NCBI GenBank assembly: GCA_964409035.1
Contig: CAYPBQ010000001.1
Coordinates: 111,638 to 175,637 of the forward strand
Direction: 5' to 3'
DNA from: an uncultured Candidatus Saccharibacteria bacterium
Lineage (GTDB): Bacteria; Patescibacteriota; Minisyncoccia; Phycocordibacterales; UBA12088
DNA length: 64,000 nucleotides
Shown here piece after piece: positions 18,129 through 27,297 of the stretch. The notes below the pieces were generated by a model. It searched no databases and was not told the origin of the DNA. It saw only the letters and a list, made by a program, of their open reading frames with translations. Every line of letters begins with the position of its first letter. Position 1 is the stretch's first letter. Both the position numbers and the translations under genes were made by a program.

Positions 18129-18560
18129 CAATTTTGAACGTAGTAAAAAAGTGCGGAGGGTGAGAAAGGTACCTTCGTACCTTTCGTAGGGATTCGAAGC
18201 GCCGGAGTATATTGCGAAGCAATACGAGGCGCCGTCCTAGGAATGCGAGGTTTTTGTGAGCTGCAAGGCGAAACAAAACCCGCAATTCAGGGGACAATCC
18301 CTCACCCTCCGCAAAACAAGGAGAACAATGCGAAGTATTGGGCGACTATGTTTTGAGAGAGTGGTGAGGGATTCGCACCACAAGAGTATTTCCATGTTAC
18401 TAATTCGCCTTGCTCATAAGTAACATTGGTCAACGCCGGAGGCGGTCTACGATTTTACGAAACGAAGTGTAGTAAAATTGTCGCCGAGGCGCGACCAGCG
18501 TGCTTAGCCCGTAGGGCTTAGCAAAAGCGGGTCGAATCCCTCACCGCTCTAAGGATTTAA
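18129..18560. repeat. Degenerate direct and inverted copies of the tRNA-Ser T-arm/acceptor 3' segment in a 520-bp non-coding stretch
   Basis: Direct copy caatccctcaccctccgca at 18295-18313 against tRNA 18111-18130. Direct copy gggtcgaatccctcaccgctct at 18529-18550. Inverted copy gcggagggtgag at 18153-18164 forms a 12-bp hairpin with the tRNA 3' end. Inverted copy ggtgagggattcg at 18363-18375. Confidence 0.6.
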
Positions 18561-18648
18561 TATTGGAAATAGATAGAGGTATTACACAAAGATGCGCTGC
18601 AAACGCCATCATTTTAATAGATTGTTAGTTGGGTGGTAGGATAAAAAT

Positions 18649-19071
18649 ATGTCGAAACAAATTTATATTAATTTAATTACCAAAGATCTCGCCAAGTCCT
18701 CTGCTTTTTATAGAGCTATAGGGTTTATAAAGAATGAAGTGTTTTCAAATTCCGATGCTGAGTCATTTATGTATAGCGATGATATTGTCTTTATGATACT
18801 CACTGAGGAATTTGCAAAAAACTTCAATGACGGCAAGACCTTCCCAGATCAGAAGAAAACTGTCAGTGCACTCTATGCCCTAAGCTGTGCTTCAAAGGAG
18901 GAAGTAGACAACATGTGCGCTGCCGCAAAATCAGCAGGAGGTAGAGTCTATGAAAATGAATACAATAAAAAGGTAGCGGGCGACTTTATGTACTCTTTTG
19001 AAATCGAAGATCCAGATGGGTATATCCTCGAGCCAGTATTTATGGATATGACCAAATTCTCACAAGGGTAA
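18649..19071 (+). CDS. VOC (glyoxalase/bleomycin-resistance) family protein
   Basis: 140 aa. The N-terminal beta-alpha-beta pattern (YINLITKDLAKSSAFYRAIGF) and C-terminal FEIEDPDGYILEP are typical of VOC proteins. Confidence 0.6.
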   Translation: MSKQIYINLITKDLAKSSAFYRAIGFIKNEVFSNSDAESFMYSDDIVFMILTEEFAKNFNDGKTFPDQKKTVSALYALSCASKEEVDNMCAAAKSAGGRVYENEYNKKVAGDFMYSFEIEDPDGYILEPVFMDMTKFSQG

Positions 19072-19123
19072 ACCTGGGGTTAGTTACTATAACTAACATA
19101 GATTCTATTTTTAGTAGAAATGT

Positions 19124-19558
19124 ATGTCCTACACCAACAAAACACAGCCGACAAAAACTAGCCCTGAGAAGTATTTGAAGGAAAACTTTAAGGGAAAAGA
19201 AAAAGTGCAAAGCGAGGCACTGGCTTTAGTTGATCTGTATACAAAAGTCACTGGCTCCCCGTGTGTGATGTGGAACAAAATTTTTGGCTTTGGGAAATAT
19301 CATTATTTAGATAGCAAAGGCGGCGAACATACCCACCTTATAACTGGCTTTGCTATTTCTTCAACCGGCTTCACCCTCTACAACATGATAGGCTGGGAGA
19401 CTTATAAAAAAGAAATTGAAAAACTTGGTAAATACAAGCTCTCGGGTAAATCTTGTCTTGCAATAAAGAGCATAGAAGATATTGATCTGAAGGTGCTAAA
19501 AGCGGTTGCAAAAAGCTCATTTGTCTTGATGAAGAAACGCTATAGAACTGAAAAGTAA
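19124..19558 (+). CDS. DUF1801 (YdhG-like) domain protein
   Basis: 144 aa. VMWNKIFGFGKYHYLDSKGGEHTHLITGFAISSTGFTLY matches the YdhG/DUF1801 core (GFGSYHYKY...GF...LTLY). Confidence 0.6.
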   Translation: MSYTNKTQPTKTSPEKYLKENFKGKEKVQSEALALVDLYTKVTGSPCVMWNKIFGFGKYHYLDSKGGEHTHLITGFAISSTGFTLYNMIGWETYKKEIEKLGKYKLSGKSCLAIKSIEDIDLKVLKAVAKSSFVLMKKRYRTEK

Positions 19559-19569
19559 TTTGATACCAC

Positions 19570-20010
19570 ATGACCATGAACCAAAAAGCACATACAGTAA
19601 AAAAAGTATTTAGTAGAGAAACAGCAGTATCTATTTTGATCAACGCTACCCCAGAAAAAATTTGGCAGATACTGGTAGATGTTGGTAATTATAAAAACTG
19701 GAATAGTACTATTCTTTCAATAGAGGGAGAGATAAAGGCTGGCGGAGAAATTAAAATCGTTCCATCAATAAACCCAAATAGAACTTTTAAGCTAAAGATA
19801 AAAGCATTTGAGCCGTATACAAAAATGGTTTCAGGAGATGCGATGGGTAGCCGAACCTTTTTACTTGAAAAAGTTGAAGGCGGAACCCTGTTTACCATGA
19901 CAGAAAAAATTGGCGGGCTGCTTTTTCCGTTATTTGCAAACATGATACCCCCGTTTGACGACGCCTTCGATGCCTATGCAAGAGATTTAAAAGTAGTCAG
20001 CGAGAAGTAG
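19570..20010 (+). CDS. SRPBCC (polyketide cyclase/START-like) family protein
   Basis: 146 aa. The N-terminal pattern VSILINATPEKIWQILVDVGNYKNWNS is typical of SRPBCC ligand-binding domains. Confidence 0.55.
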   Translation: MTMNQKAHTVKKVFSRETAVSILINATPEKIWQILVDVGNYKNWNSTILSIEGEIKAGGEIKIVPSINPNRTFKLKIKAFEPYTKMVSGDAMGSRTFLLEKVEGGTLFTMTEKIGGLLFPLFANMIPPFDDAFDAYARDLKVVSEK

Positions 20011-20044
20011 GTCTCAATTTTATAAAATAATTAACTAAAGAACT

Positions 20045-20236
20045 ATGAAGACTCTAAAATGTGATTTGTGTGAAGCAACGGCGGAAGGCGCAACATTTGA
20101 AGAATGGATGAGTGCTCTTATGCCACATTATATGCAAGCTCATGCCGATGTCATGAACGACCCAAAAATGACCAAAGAAGACCAGCAGAAGTGGATGGCT
20201 GAAAACAAAGCAAGGTTTGAAGCGGTAATATTGTAA
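20045..20236 (+). CDS. Hypothetical small CxxC protein
   Basis: 63 aa. It begins MKTLKCDLCEAT, packs well into a helical sequence, and has reasonable codon usage. Confidence 0.4.
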   Translation: MKTLKCDLCEATAEGATFEEWMSALMPHYMQAHADVMNDPKMTKEDQQKWMAENKARFEAVIL

Positions 20237-20333
20237 GCAAAATGTATGACAAACAACAAAACACGATCTTAATCGTGTTTTGTTGTCTCATATCCCTGAA
20301 TACACTTTGAATACCCTCTTACTTCAGAGCTTT

Positions 20334-21089
20334 TTATTTTTGTGTATCCGCAAAATGTATCATTGCGTCCTGCATAAATTGTGCGAGTCCACTAGCAACA
20401 TTCTCATAATTTGCCTTAAAGCGTTCGTCTGCAACATACATATGTGCTAAACCGCGATATATTTCAACATTTGGTTCGTAAAACGCACGAAGACCATCGT
20501 AGTGCTTAGCAATTAGCGTTTGAACTTTCGCACTTGTTGGATCGAGCCCAGCTTTCATTGTCTCTGCAATCTCTACCGTAAGCATACCTGACTCCTCCAT
20601 TACCTTTTTCAAACCGTCTTTTCCCATTTTCTTTACGCGCACTTGTGACTCCTTGAATGCCTTTGTATTGCCCCACTTCTGCCGCGCCTCTTCGGTGTAG
20701 GTATCCATCTCCTCTTTGGAGAAGTTTCCATATAATTCTTTGTCATCCATAGTAATCTCTTTGTTAATTTTTTTAATTGTTTTATCAATTGTCTTAACTA
20801 ATTTGCTCAGACGATTCTTTTTAAGCTCAATCAATTTTTTCTGATCGCGAAGCGTTTCTCTCATATCAAATGATTGGGAGGACAGAATTTGTTTTATTTC
20901 TTCAAGAGAAAAATCAAGCTCTCTAAAGAATAGAATCTGTTGGAGCTTCAGAAGCTCTCTTTCCTCATAATATCTATAACCATTATTTTCAACTCGAGAC
21001 GGCTTTAAAAGCCCCACTTTGTCATAATGGTGAAGTGTCCGGACACTTATTCCGGCAATGATTGCTAGTTTTTTTATGGTATACGACAT
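20334..21089 (-). CDS. MerR family transcriptional regulator with TipAS-like C-terminal effector domain
   Basis: MerR HTH (YTIKKLAIIAGISVRTLHHYDKVGLLKP...NGYRYY) and coiled-coil linker. The C-terminal domain resembles TipAS/Mta (KWGNTKAFKESQ...HYDGLRAFYEP...ERFKANYE). The start is at MSYTIKK (21089) rather than the ORF's first ATG (21134). Confidence 0.75.
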   Translation of the reverse strand: MSYTIKKLAIIAGISVRTLHHYDKVGLLKPSRVENNGYRYYEERELLKLQQILFFRELDFSLEEIKQILSSQSFDMRETLRDQKKLIELKKNRLSKLVKTIDKTIKKINKEITMDDKELYGNFSKEEMDTYTEEARQKWGNTKAFKESQVRVKKMGKDGLKKVMEESGMLTVEIAETMKAGLDPTSAKVQTLIAKHYDGLRAFYEPNVEIYRGLAHMYVADERFKANYENVASGLAQFMQDAMIHFADTQK

Positions 21090-21259
21090 ACAAATTACAA
21101 CCACCCTATTTTCGGTGTCGACCCACCATACCACAGTCTAAACTATGACGTTACGTTATAGTCAAGGTCATGATGATATGCCGTACTGAGATATGCCCAG
21201 CCGTTTATAAAGTGTGTAGTTTGCAAGCAATAGCAACAGTGAGAGTGCCGTGTGCACAT

Positions 21260-21670
21260 TTACTCGTGAGCAATTTTTTTCAATACCCCCTTTCTTTTTA
21301 CAATATTTTTATAATCCCACTGTATCTCTTTTGCCTTCTTCAACCACCTTTTTACACTTGTGATCTTAATCTCCTTAACGTCTGTATACACCACCTCTGC
21401 GGCTTTGAATTTTCCACTCGGCACTAAATCCTTTTCATCAAAACTTTGACCGCTGAAAAATAGCAAAGAAACATTCTTACCCTTTCGCACAGAGTATGCA
21501 ACAACAGGATTGCCTTCTATAAACCACACTGGGCTTCCATGCCAGATTTTTGACTCACTCTTCTTCACGTTCTTTTGTATTAACGCATCCAAAAATACAC
21601 AAATATCATTCACCTGTTTTGTGTGTAGGGTGTTGTATTCCGGTATGGTAGTGGCAGTCGTTTTTTGCAT
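21260..21670 (-). CDS. DUF1801-like domain protein
   Basis: 136 aa. WHGSPVWFIEGNPVVAYSVRKGKNVSLLFFSG resembles the second DUF1801/YdeI-type family. Confidence 0.45.
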   Translation of the reverse strand: MQKTTATTIPEYNTLHTKQVNDICVFLDALIQKNVKKSESKIWHGSPVWFIEGNPVVAYSVRKGKNVSLLFFSGQSFDEKDLVPSGKFKAAEVVYTDVKEIKITSVKRWLKKAKEIQWDYKNIVKRKGVLKKIAHE

Positions 21671-21682
21671 ATTGTAGCTATA

Positions 21683-22114
21683 TTACCCCTTGTGTGTTGG
21701 GTCAAAATCTATCATCCATTCAATTCCATATTTGTCACGAAGCATACCAAAGTACGTACCCCAGGGGCTCTCACTCATTGGAAATTCAACACTTCCACCC
21801 GCGGATAACCCGTTGAATAATGCATCAGCCTCTTCTCTACTTTCTACGCTAATAGCAATTTTTGATCTATGTTCATTTTCATTTGTCCTCCCCATACTCT
21901 CTGGCACGTCGTTACCCATTAAAAAGCTTTTACCAATTGGTAAAGCGATGTGCATTATTTTGTTTGCCTCATTCTCTGCCACCTGAAATTCAGCGCTTGC
22001 AAGATCTTTGAAGCGCATAATCTTTGCAAACTCTCCACCAAATACCGACTTATAAAAAGTGAAAGCCTCTTCTGCATTTCCATTAAAGTTTATATGCGGA
22101 TGTATTGTTGTCAT
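21683..22114 (-). CDS. VOC family protein (PhnB-like)
   Basis: Start at MTTIHPHINFNGNAEEAFTFYKSVFGGEF (22114). PhnB/VOC-like pattern FYKSVFGG...MHIALPIG...GIEWMI. Confidence 0.6.
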   Translation of the reverse strand: MTTIHPHINFNGNAEEAFTFYKSVFGGEFAKIMRFKDLASAEFQVAENEANKIMHIALPIGKSFLMGNDVPESMGRTNENEHRSKIAISVESREEADALFNGLSAGGSVEFPMSESPWGTYFGMLRDKYGIEWMIDFDPTHKG

Positions 22115-22287
22115 ACTTATTTTTATCGATAATAGCACTATTGTAGTATTTTTGATGCACAATTGCGATTTACCATGCTTGAAAGGATGAGAATTTTCTT
22201 AAATACCTACATTGCTTGTTTATCCGTAAAGCTTGCCTCCCAGAAGGCTGTCATTGTCTTATCTTGAATAAAAAACTATTTGACGCA

Positions 22288-23214
22288 TTATCGATCGCTC
22301 TTATTGAGGAGTGCATGCACACGTGCTTCGACAGGTGGGTGTGTCGCAAAGAGCGAGGCTATCCAGCTTCGTTTTTGCACTCCCACCTCGCCTTCATCGG
22401 TATCACCAAATGGATTTGCAATAAAGAGGTGCGCCGTGGCATGGCTTGCCCTTTGCATGGGGTGGCCACTTCCATACGCGTGGATTTTTTTAAGCGCGGA
22501 GGCAAGCCCTTCTGGATAACGTGTAAGCAGGGCGCCAGAAGCGTCTGCTAAAAACTCACGTTTGCGTGATATAGCAAGCTGAAGAAGCTGTGCCGCAATA
22601 GGAGCAAGAATTGCAGCAACAATACCAACAATAAGCAAAATGAGTCCCGCTCGCGAATCTCTGTCTCTCCCACTTCCAAACATACTCATACGCAAAAACA
22701 TATCAGAGAGTATTGCCACAAATCCAACAAGCACAACCGCCACAGTAGAGACGAGCATATCACGGTTACCAATGTGGGATAGCTCGTGTGCCGCTACCCC
22801 TTCAAGCTCACTCCTATCGAGGATAGAAAGAATACCAGTGGTAAAGGCAACAAGTGAGTGTTCAGGATTTCTACCTGTAGCAAATGCATTTGGTGCCGAA
22901 TCTTCAACAATATACACCTTTGGTTTTGGCAGACCCGCCGTTATCGCGAGATTCTCGACAATGTTGTGGAGGTCTTTGTACACAACCTCATCTGCTGGCT
23001 TTGCGCCCGTCATCGCAACAACAAGCTTGTCTGAAAACCAGTAGCTGCCCACGTTCATAACAAGGGCAATCACCACCGACACGTACAAGATAGTTTGATC
23101 GTTGAAGTAAAAGGCAAAGCCCCACCCAAGGGCAATAACTGCCATAAAAAACCCAATCATGAGAAACCAGGTCTTTCGTATATTAGAATCTTTTTGTGTA
23201 TACAGTGTTGCCAT
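22288..23214 (-). CDS. htpX: Zinc metalloprotease HtpX (peptidase M48)
   Basis: 308 aa. N-terminal TM helices, HExxH (HELSHIGNRD) and a downstream E of the M48 fold. Confidence 0.88.
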   Translation of the reverse strand: MATLYTQKDSNIRKTWFLMIGFFMAVIALGWGFAFYFNDQTILYVSVVIALVMNVGSYWFSDKLVVAMTGAKPADEVVYKDLHNIVENLAITAGLPKPKVYIVEDSAPNAFATGRNPEHSLVAFTTGILSILDRSELEGVAAHELSHIGNRDMLVSTVAVVLVGFVAILSDMFLRMSMFGSGRDRDSRAGLILLIVGIVAAILAPIAAQLLQLAISRKREFLADASGALLTRYPEGLASALKKIHAYGSGHPMQRASHATAHLFIANPFGDTDEGEVGVQKRSWIASLFATHPPVEARVHALLNKSDR

Positions 23215-23271
23215 ACGTCAAAAGACAGGTACTACGCACATAAAGAGACGGTACACTCTCTGTATTCTTTC

Positions 23272-23835
23272 TTAGAACTTTACCTCTACCGGCTTTCGAG
23301 CTGCTTCCTCCCCTTCTTCAAGCTCAAAGAACTCTCGCTCAGAGAAACTAAACATGTTGGCAATAATATTGTTAGGAAATACCTGCACAGAGGTATTTAG
23401 GTCACGCACATTGCCGTTATAAAACCTACGTGATGCTTGAATTTTGTTCTCTGTGTCAGACAATTCTCTTTGAAGCTCAAGGAAGTTTGTATTTGCCTTT
23501 AAATCTGGATAACTCTCCGCCACCGCAAAAAGTGACTTGAGCGTTTCTGAAAGCATATTCTCTGCCTTTCCTTTCGCTTCTATCCCCTCTGCCTTCATTG
23601 CTGATGATCGCATCTCGGTTACCTTTTGCAATGTGTCCTTTTCATGTGAGGCATACCCTTGCACCGTGCTTACCAAATTAGGGATAAGGTCATACCGACG
23701 CTTTAGTTGAACATCAATATCTGCCCACGCCTCATTTGTCCTGTTGATAAGACGAATAAATCCATTGTATGCAGCGGCAATCCATAGCCCAAGCACCACA
23801 AGCGCACCTACGAGAATATAAAAAATGGTGTCCAT
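23272..23835 (-). CDS. lemA: LemA family protein
   Basis: 187 aa. N-terminal TM, LemA signature ...QLKRRYDLIPNLV... and a Q/E-rich helical domain. It lies upstream of htpX, a common pairing. Confidence 0.85.
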   Translation of the reverse strand: MDTIFYILVGALVVLGLWIAAAYNGFIRLINRTNEAWADIDVQLKRRYDLIPNLVSTVQGYASHEKDTLQKVTEMRSSAMKAEGIEAKGKAENMLSETLKSLFAVAESYPDLKANTNFLELQRELSDTENKIQASRRFYNGNVRDLNTSVQVFPNNIIANMFSFSEREFFELEEGEEAARKPVEVKF

Positions 23836-23896
23836 ATATATTGCTATTAGTAGTATGGGAAGTATACCAGAATTACCTACTATGGTTAATAGATAA

Positions 23897-23956
23897 TTGA
23901 TTGGCTTGCAATCAATCCTGAGAGGGTATTGACAAAATATTATTTTCGTGTAAATT
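23897..23956 (+). promoter_or_regulatory. Palindromic operator-like site plus sigma70-like promoter upstream of the RTX-repeat gene (divergent from lemA-htpX)
   Basis: Inverted repeat TTGATTG-gcttg-CAATCAA (23897-23915). TTGACA (23928-23933), a 17-nt spacer, then TAAATT (23951-23956). Confidence 0.4.
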
Positions 23957-24047
23957 CTCCCCTGGGTCTACATTTTATCGGTCCAACATAAGGGAGGCAC
24001 GTCTCAACTCGGAAGCATTACGCAATTCTGCGTGATGAATCTGGGAT

Positions 24048-24980
24048 ATGAGCATGCCTACTTTTACTGGGACCGCTGGCAACAACTCCTCGACGCTCAA
24101 GGGACTTATCCAGTTGGATAAGTTCTATATGCTCGAGGGGAATGATCTGCTCGACCTTACCGGAGCGTGGGGTAACACCTCATTCTCCGTCTTCGGTGGA
24201 GCAGGTAACGATATCCTACGTGGGTCGTCTCGTACGACCACCATCATGGACGGTGGTACAGGCAATGACGACTTTGTAATCAACAACCAGAACAACCTCG
24301 CCGTAGAGGTGGCGAACCAGGGTTACGACACCCTGCGTATTGCCACGCCTTACGTTGAAGCGGGGGGATCGCGTTCGATCGTTATGGCCGGAAGCGGCGT
24401 CAGCGGTGGATACATTGTTGACGTTGACATCGAGGCCGTCCGTGCAGAGGTGTCTTTGGGGAAGATTGGGCCCAAAAGTCTTGGGTTCAACTTCTATGGA
24501 AACACCGGAGCGAACGTCTTTGCAGGATCGGAGGGTGGCGATACCATGCGTGGAAACGCTGGGAACGACACCCTCGAAGGAAAAGGTGGTGACGATCGCC
24601 TGCAGGGCGAACTCGGGCTCGACATCCTCGTTGGGGATGGAGGGAACGACACGCTCTTTGCAGAGAGAGCTGACGGAGACAAGCTCACCGGCGGTGCTGG
24701 TGCAGATCTCTTCGTCTTCGGAGGAAAGGGTGGAACACCGGTCACCCTTACCGATGTTGTCATGGACTATGATCGCGCCCTGGACGATATCGTCCTCCAG
24801 GGCATTGGGAGCAGCATCAAGAGTGTCTCGGGCGTCACCGCAGGTGGAACCACCCAGGTGACAGTAGTAGGTACAACTGATACCGCCATCTTCTCGATGG
24901 TGGGGTCGTACTCGACCTCAGTGCTCAATAGCATGTTGGGCGCTGGTGACATCAGGATCGACAACAATTTGTTTGTCTGA
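24048..24980 (+). CDS. Hemolysin-type calcium-binding (RTX) repeat protein
   Basis: 310 aa with multiple GGxGxDxL nonapeptide repeats (GGAGNDILRG, GGTGNDDFV, GNAGNDTLEGKGGDDRLQG, GDGGNDTLF, GGAGADLFVFGG). No N-terminal signal peptide. Confidence 0.75.
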   Translation: MSMPTFTGTAGNNSSTLKGLIQLDKFYMLEGNDLLDLTGAWGNTSFSVFGGAGNDILRGSSRTTTIMDGGTGNDDFVINNQNNLAVEVANQGYDTLRIATPYVEAGGSRSIVMAGSGVSGGYIVDVDIEAVRAEVSLGKIGPKSLGFNFYGNTGANVFAGSEGGDTMRGNAGNDTLEGKGGDDRLQGELGLDILVGDGGNDTLFAERADGDKLTGGAGADLFVFGGKGGTPVTLTDVVMDYDRALDDIVLQGIGSSIKSVSGVTAGGTTQVTVVGTTDTAIFSMVGSYSTSVLNSMLGAGDIRIDNNLFV

Positions 24981-25028
24981 AAAAGGAGGGTAAACCTCCA
25001 AAGTATACCTCAAGCGGTTGTACAGGGG

Positions 25029-25056
25029 GGCGGGTGCGCAAGCACCCGCCTTTTGA
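25029..25056 (+). terminator. Intrinsic terminator after the RTX gene
   Basis: ggcgggtgc-gcaa-gcacccgcc followed by ttttgac. A second long hairpin at 25095-25140 probably terminates groEL on the minus strand. Confidence 0.7.
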
Positions 25057-25161
25057 CTTTTTATACTTGAACAATAGAGATTCTTGAAAATCCACAAAAA
25101 CAAATAGCAGGCACAACATGTGCCCGCTATTTGTTTCTTCTAGCTCTAGTGGATGTACTTA

Positions 25162-26814
25162 TTAATACATTCCTCCCATGTCACCTCCTTGTGGTGACTC
25201 CTTCTTTGGTTCAGGAATATCCGCAATAGCTACCTCGGTAGTAAGGAGGATAGCAGCAGCAGATGCCGCGTGGCGCACACCAGATCGGGTTACCTTAACC
25301 GGATCAAGTATTCCTCGCTCAATCATGTTTACACGCTCACCGATTTTTGCGTCAAACCCTTCTTCAAGTTTTGCATTTGCCACCCACTCTACAATCACCG
25401 CGCTATCATCTTCGTGTCCCGCATTATACGCAATACGGTTAAGTGGCGCTCTAAGCGCAGAGAGCATAATGTCATACCCTGTTTCAAACTCAACCTCATG
25501 TCGCTTTGCGCTCTTTGCATTCCCCTCCCTTTTTTTGCGAAGTATTGTTGAAACCTTAGCAAGCGCAGCTCCCCCTCCTGGCACCACACCCTCTTCTATC
25601 GCTGCCTTTGTTGCATTGACTGCATCCTCAATTTTTAGCTTCAGATACTTCATTTCGGTCTCAGTAGCTGCCCCCACGCGGATAACTGCCACTCCGCCAG
25701 AGAGCTTGCCAATGCGCTCTTGCAATTTTTCTTTATCGTACTTTGAATCGGTATTTTTAAGCTGGGCTCGTAGCTGTGATACTCGCTTATCAATATCTGT
25801 CTTCTTTCCCTTTCCTCCCACGAGTACCGTTTTGTCTTTTGTAGCAACTACCCTACTTGCCTTTCCAAGCACCTCCACTCCCACTGAGTCAAATTTCATC
25901 CCCACATCATCAGACACCACCGTTGCGCCAATAGTAACGGCGATATCAGCGAGCATTTCTTTTTTCTTGTCACCATACCCTGGCGCCTTTACACCAAGCA
26001 CATTAAATGTGCCTCGTAGCTTGTTAAGCACAAAGGTTGTAAGCGCCTCGCCATCAATATCATCGGCAACAATCACTAAATCCTTTTTACCTGTCTGCGC
26101 CAACTTCTCAAGTAGCGGTAGAACCTCCTGTATCGAAGAAATCTTTTTGTCAGTAACAAGAATTGGCACCTCCTTATACTCCGCCTCCATGCGCTCCGCA
26201 TTAGTTATCATGTAAGGCGAAATGTAGCCTTTATCAAATTCTAGTCCTTCAACCACCTCGGTTTCAATACCAAATGATTGCGACTCTTCTACGGTGACTA
26301 CACCATCTTTACCTACTGTTTGTATGGTTTCAGCTATCTTTTCTCCCAAGACTTCACTCTCAGCAGAAATAGTAGCTACGTGCTGTATTTCTTCTTTGCT
26401 CTTTACAGGGCGAGCCATCTTTTTTAGTTCTTCAAGAATGTCTTCAGTAGCTTGCTCAATACCACCCCGCACCATCATTGCATTTGCGCCAAGAGCAGTT
26501 CTTCTAAATCCTTCTGAGATTATTGCTTGAGTGAGTACTACCGCAGTGGTAGTACCATCACCTGCCGCCTCATTTGTTTTGGTAGCAACCTCCTTTACGA
26601 TTTCAGCACCCATGTTTTCAAATCTATCCGTGAGGGTAATCTCTTTTGCGATAGATACACCATCATTAATTACCGATGGGCCTCCGTATGACTTTTCAAT
26701 AGCAACATTTCTTCCCCGCGGACCAATCGTAACGCGTACCGCATTAGCAACCTTATCCACTCCTTCCTTTATTTTTCGTCGTACATCCTCATCAAAAATA
26801 ATTTGTTTTGCCAT
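25162..26814 (-). CDS. groEL: Chaperonin GroEL
   Basis: 550 aa. MAKQIIFDEDVRRKIKEGVDKVANAVRVTIGPRGRNV... with the canonical C-terminal GGM repeat. Confidence 0.95.
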   Translation of the reverse strand: MAKQIIFDEDVRRKIKEGVDKVANAVRVTIGPRGRNVAIEKSYGGPSVINDGVSIAKEITLTDRFENMGAEIVKEVATKTNEAAGDGTTTAVVLTQAIISEGFRRTALGANAMMVRGGIEQATEDILEELKKMARPVKSKEEIQHVATISAESEVLGEKIAETIQTVGKDGVVTVEESQSFGIETEVVEGLEFDKGYISPYMITNAERMEAEYKEVPILVTDKKISSIQEVLPLLEKLAQTGKKDLVIVADDIDGEALTTFVLNKLRGTFNVLGVKAPGYGDKKKEMLADIAVTIGATVVSDDVGMKFDSVGVEVLGKASRVVATKDKTVLVGGKGKKTDIDKRVSQLRAQLKNTDSKYDKEKLQERIGKLSGGVAVIRVGAATETEMKYLKLKIEDAVNATKAAIEEGVVPGGGAALAKVSTILRKKREGNAKSAKRHEVEFETGYDIMLSALRAPLNRIAYNAGHEDDSAVIVEWVANAKLEEGFDAKIGERVNMIERGILDPVKVTRSGVRHAASAAAILLTTEVAIADIPEPKKESPQGGDMGGMY

Positions 26815-26855
26815 AGTATATATAGAGTATTACGCCTATGGATAATGACTGGTAA

Positions 26856-27254
26856 TTAAGACCCAAGGACCGCAAGTATATTGTCCTCTCTTACTAGATA
26901 ATATTCCTTTCCATGAACCTCAACCTTTTCCCCCCATTGAAATAGAATTCTGTCTCCCTCTTTTACATCAATCGCTACACGCTCACCATTTTCATTACGC
27001 TTACCTGCACCAACTGCAATAACCACTCCTCTATCAGACTTTTCTTCTTTAGACCCAGTAGGGATGATGATACCAGAAGGTGATCGTGTACCCATTTCTT
27101 CAGGAGTAAACTCACGTACAAGCACCCTATCTCCAAGTGGCATAATTGGCGCTGATGCCGCTGCTGGTTTGCGAGGGGCAGTTTTCACAGATAATGATAC
27201 TTGCTTCTGTTTTTTTGAAGCGGTACGCGTTGCTTTCTTTGCTTTCTTTGCCAT
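26856..27254 (-). CDS. groES: Co-chaperonin GroES with N-terminal Lys/Ala-rich extension (alternative start at 27143 gives canonical 95 aa)
   Basis: The core MPLGDRVLVREF...EYYLVREDNILAVL is canonical. The ORF carries 37 extra N-terminal residues (MAKKAKKATRTASKKQKQVSLSVKTAPRKPAAASAPI) with no in-frame stop. No SD is evident before either ATG. Confidence 0.8.
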   Translation of the reverse strand: MAKKAKKATRTASKKQKQVSLSVKTAPRKPAAASAPIMPLGDRVLVREFTPEEMGTRSPSGIIIPTGSKEEKSDRGVVIAVGAGKRNENGERVAIDVKEGDRILFQWGEKVEVHGKEYYLVREDNILAVLGS

Positions 27255-27297
27255 ATAAAGAAACTATTATCTGATAATACTTCTAATCGGAACATAG

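Noticed and set aside
18010-18297. Minus-strand 95-aa ORF overlapping tRNA-Ser and its repeats
   Set aside because: It runs antisense through a tRNA gene and a repeat tract, with no SD. It is an artefact of the GC-rich tRNA-derived sequence.
24340-26215. Alternative-frame or antisense ORFs 24340..24861 (+) and 25178..26215 (+)
   Set aside because: They lie inside the RTX gene in another frame and antisense to groEL respectively. Both are S/P/T/A-rich artefacts.
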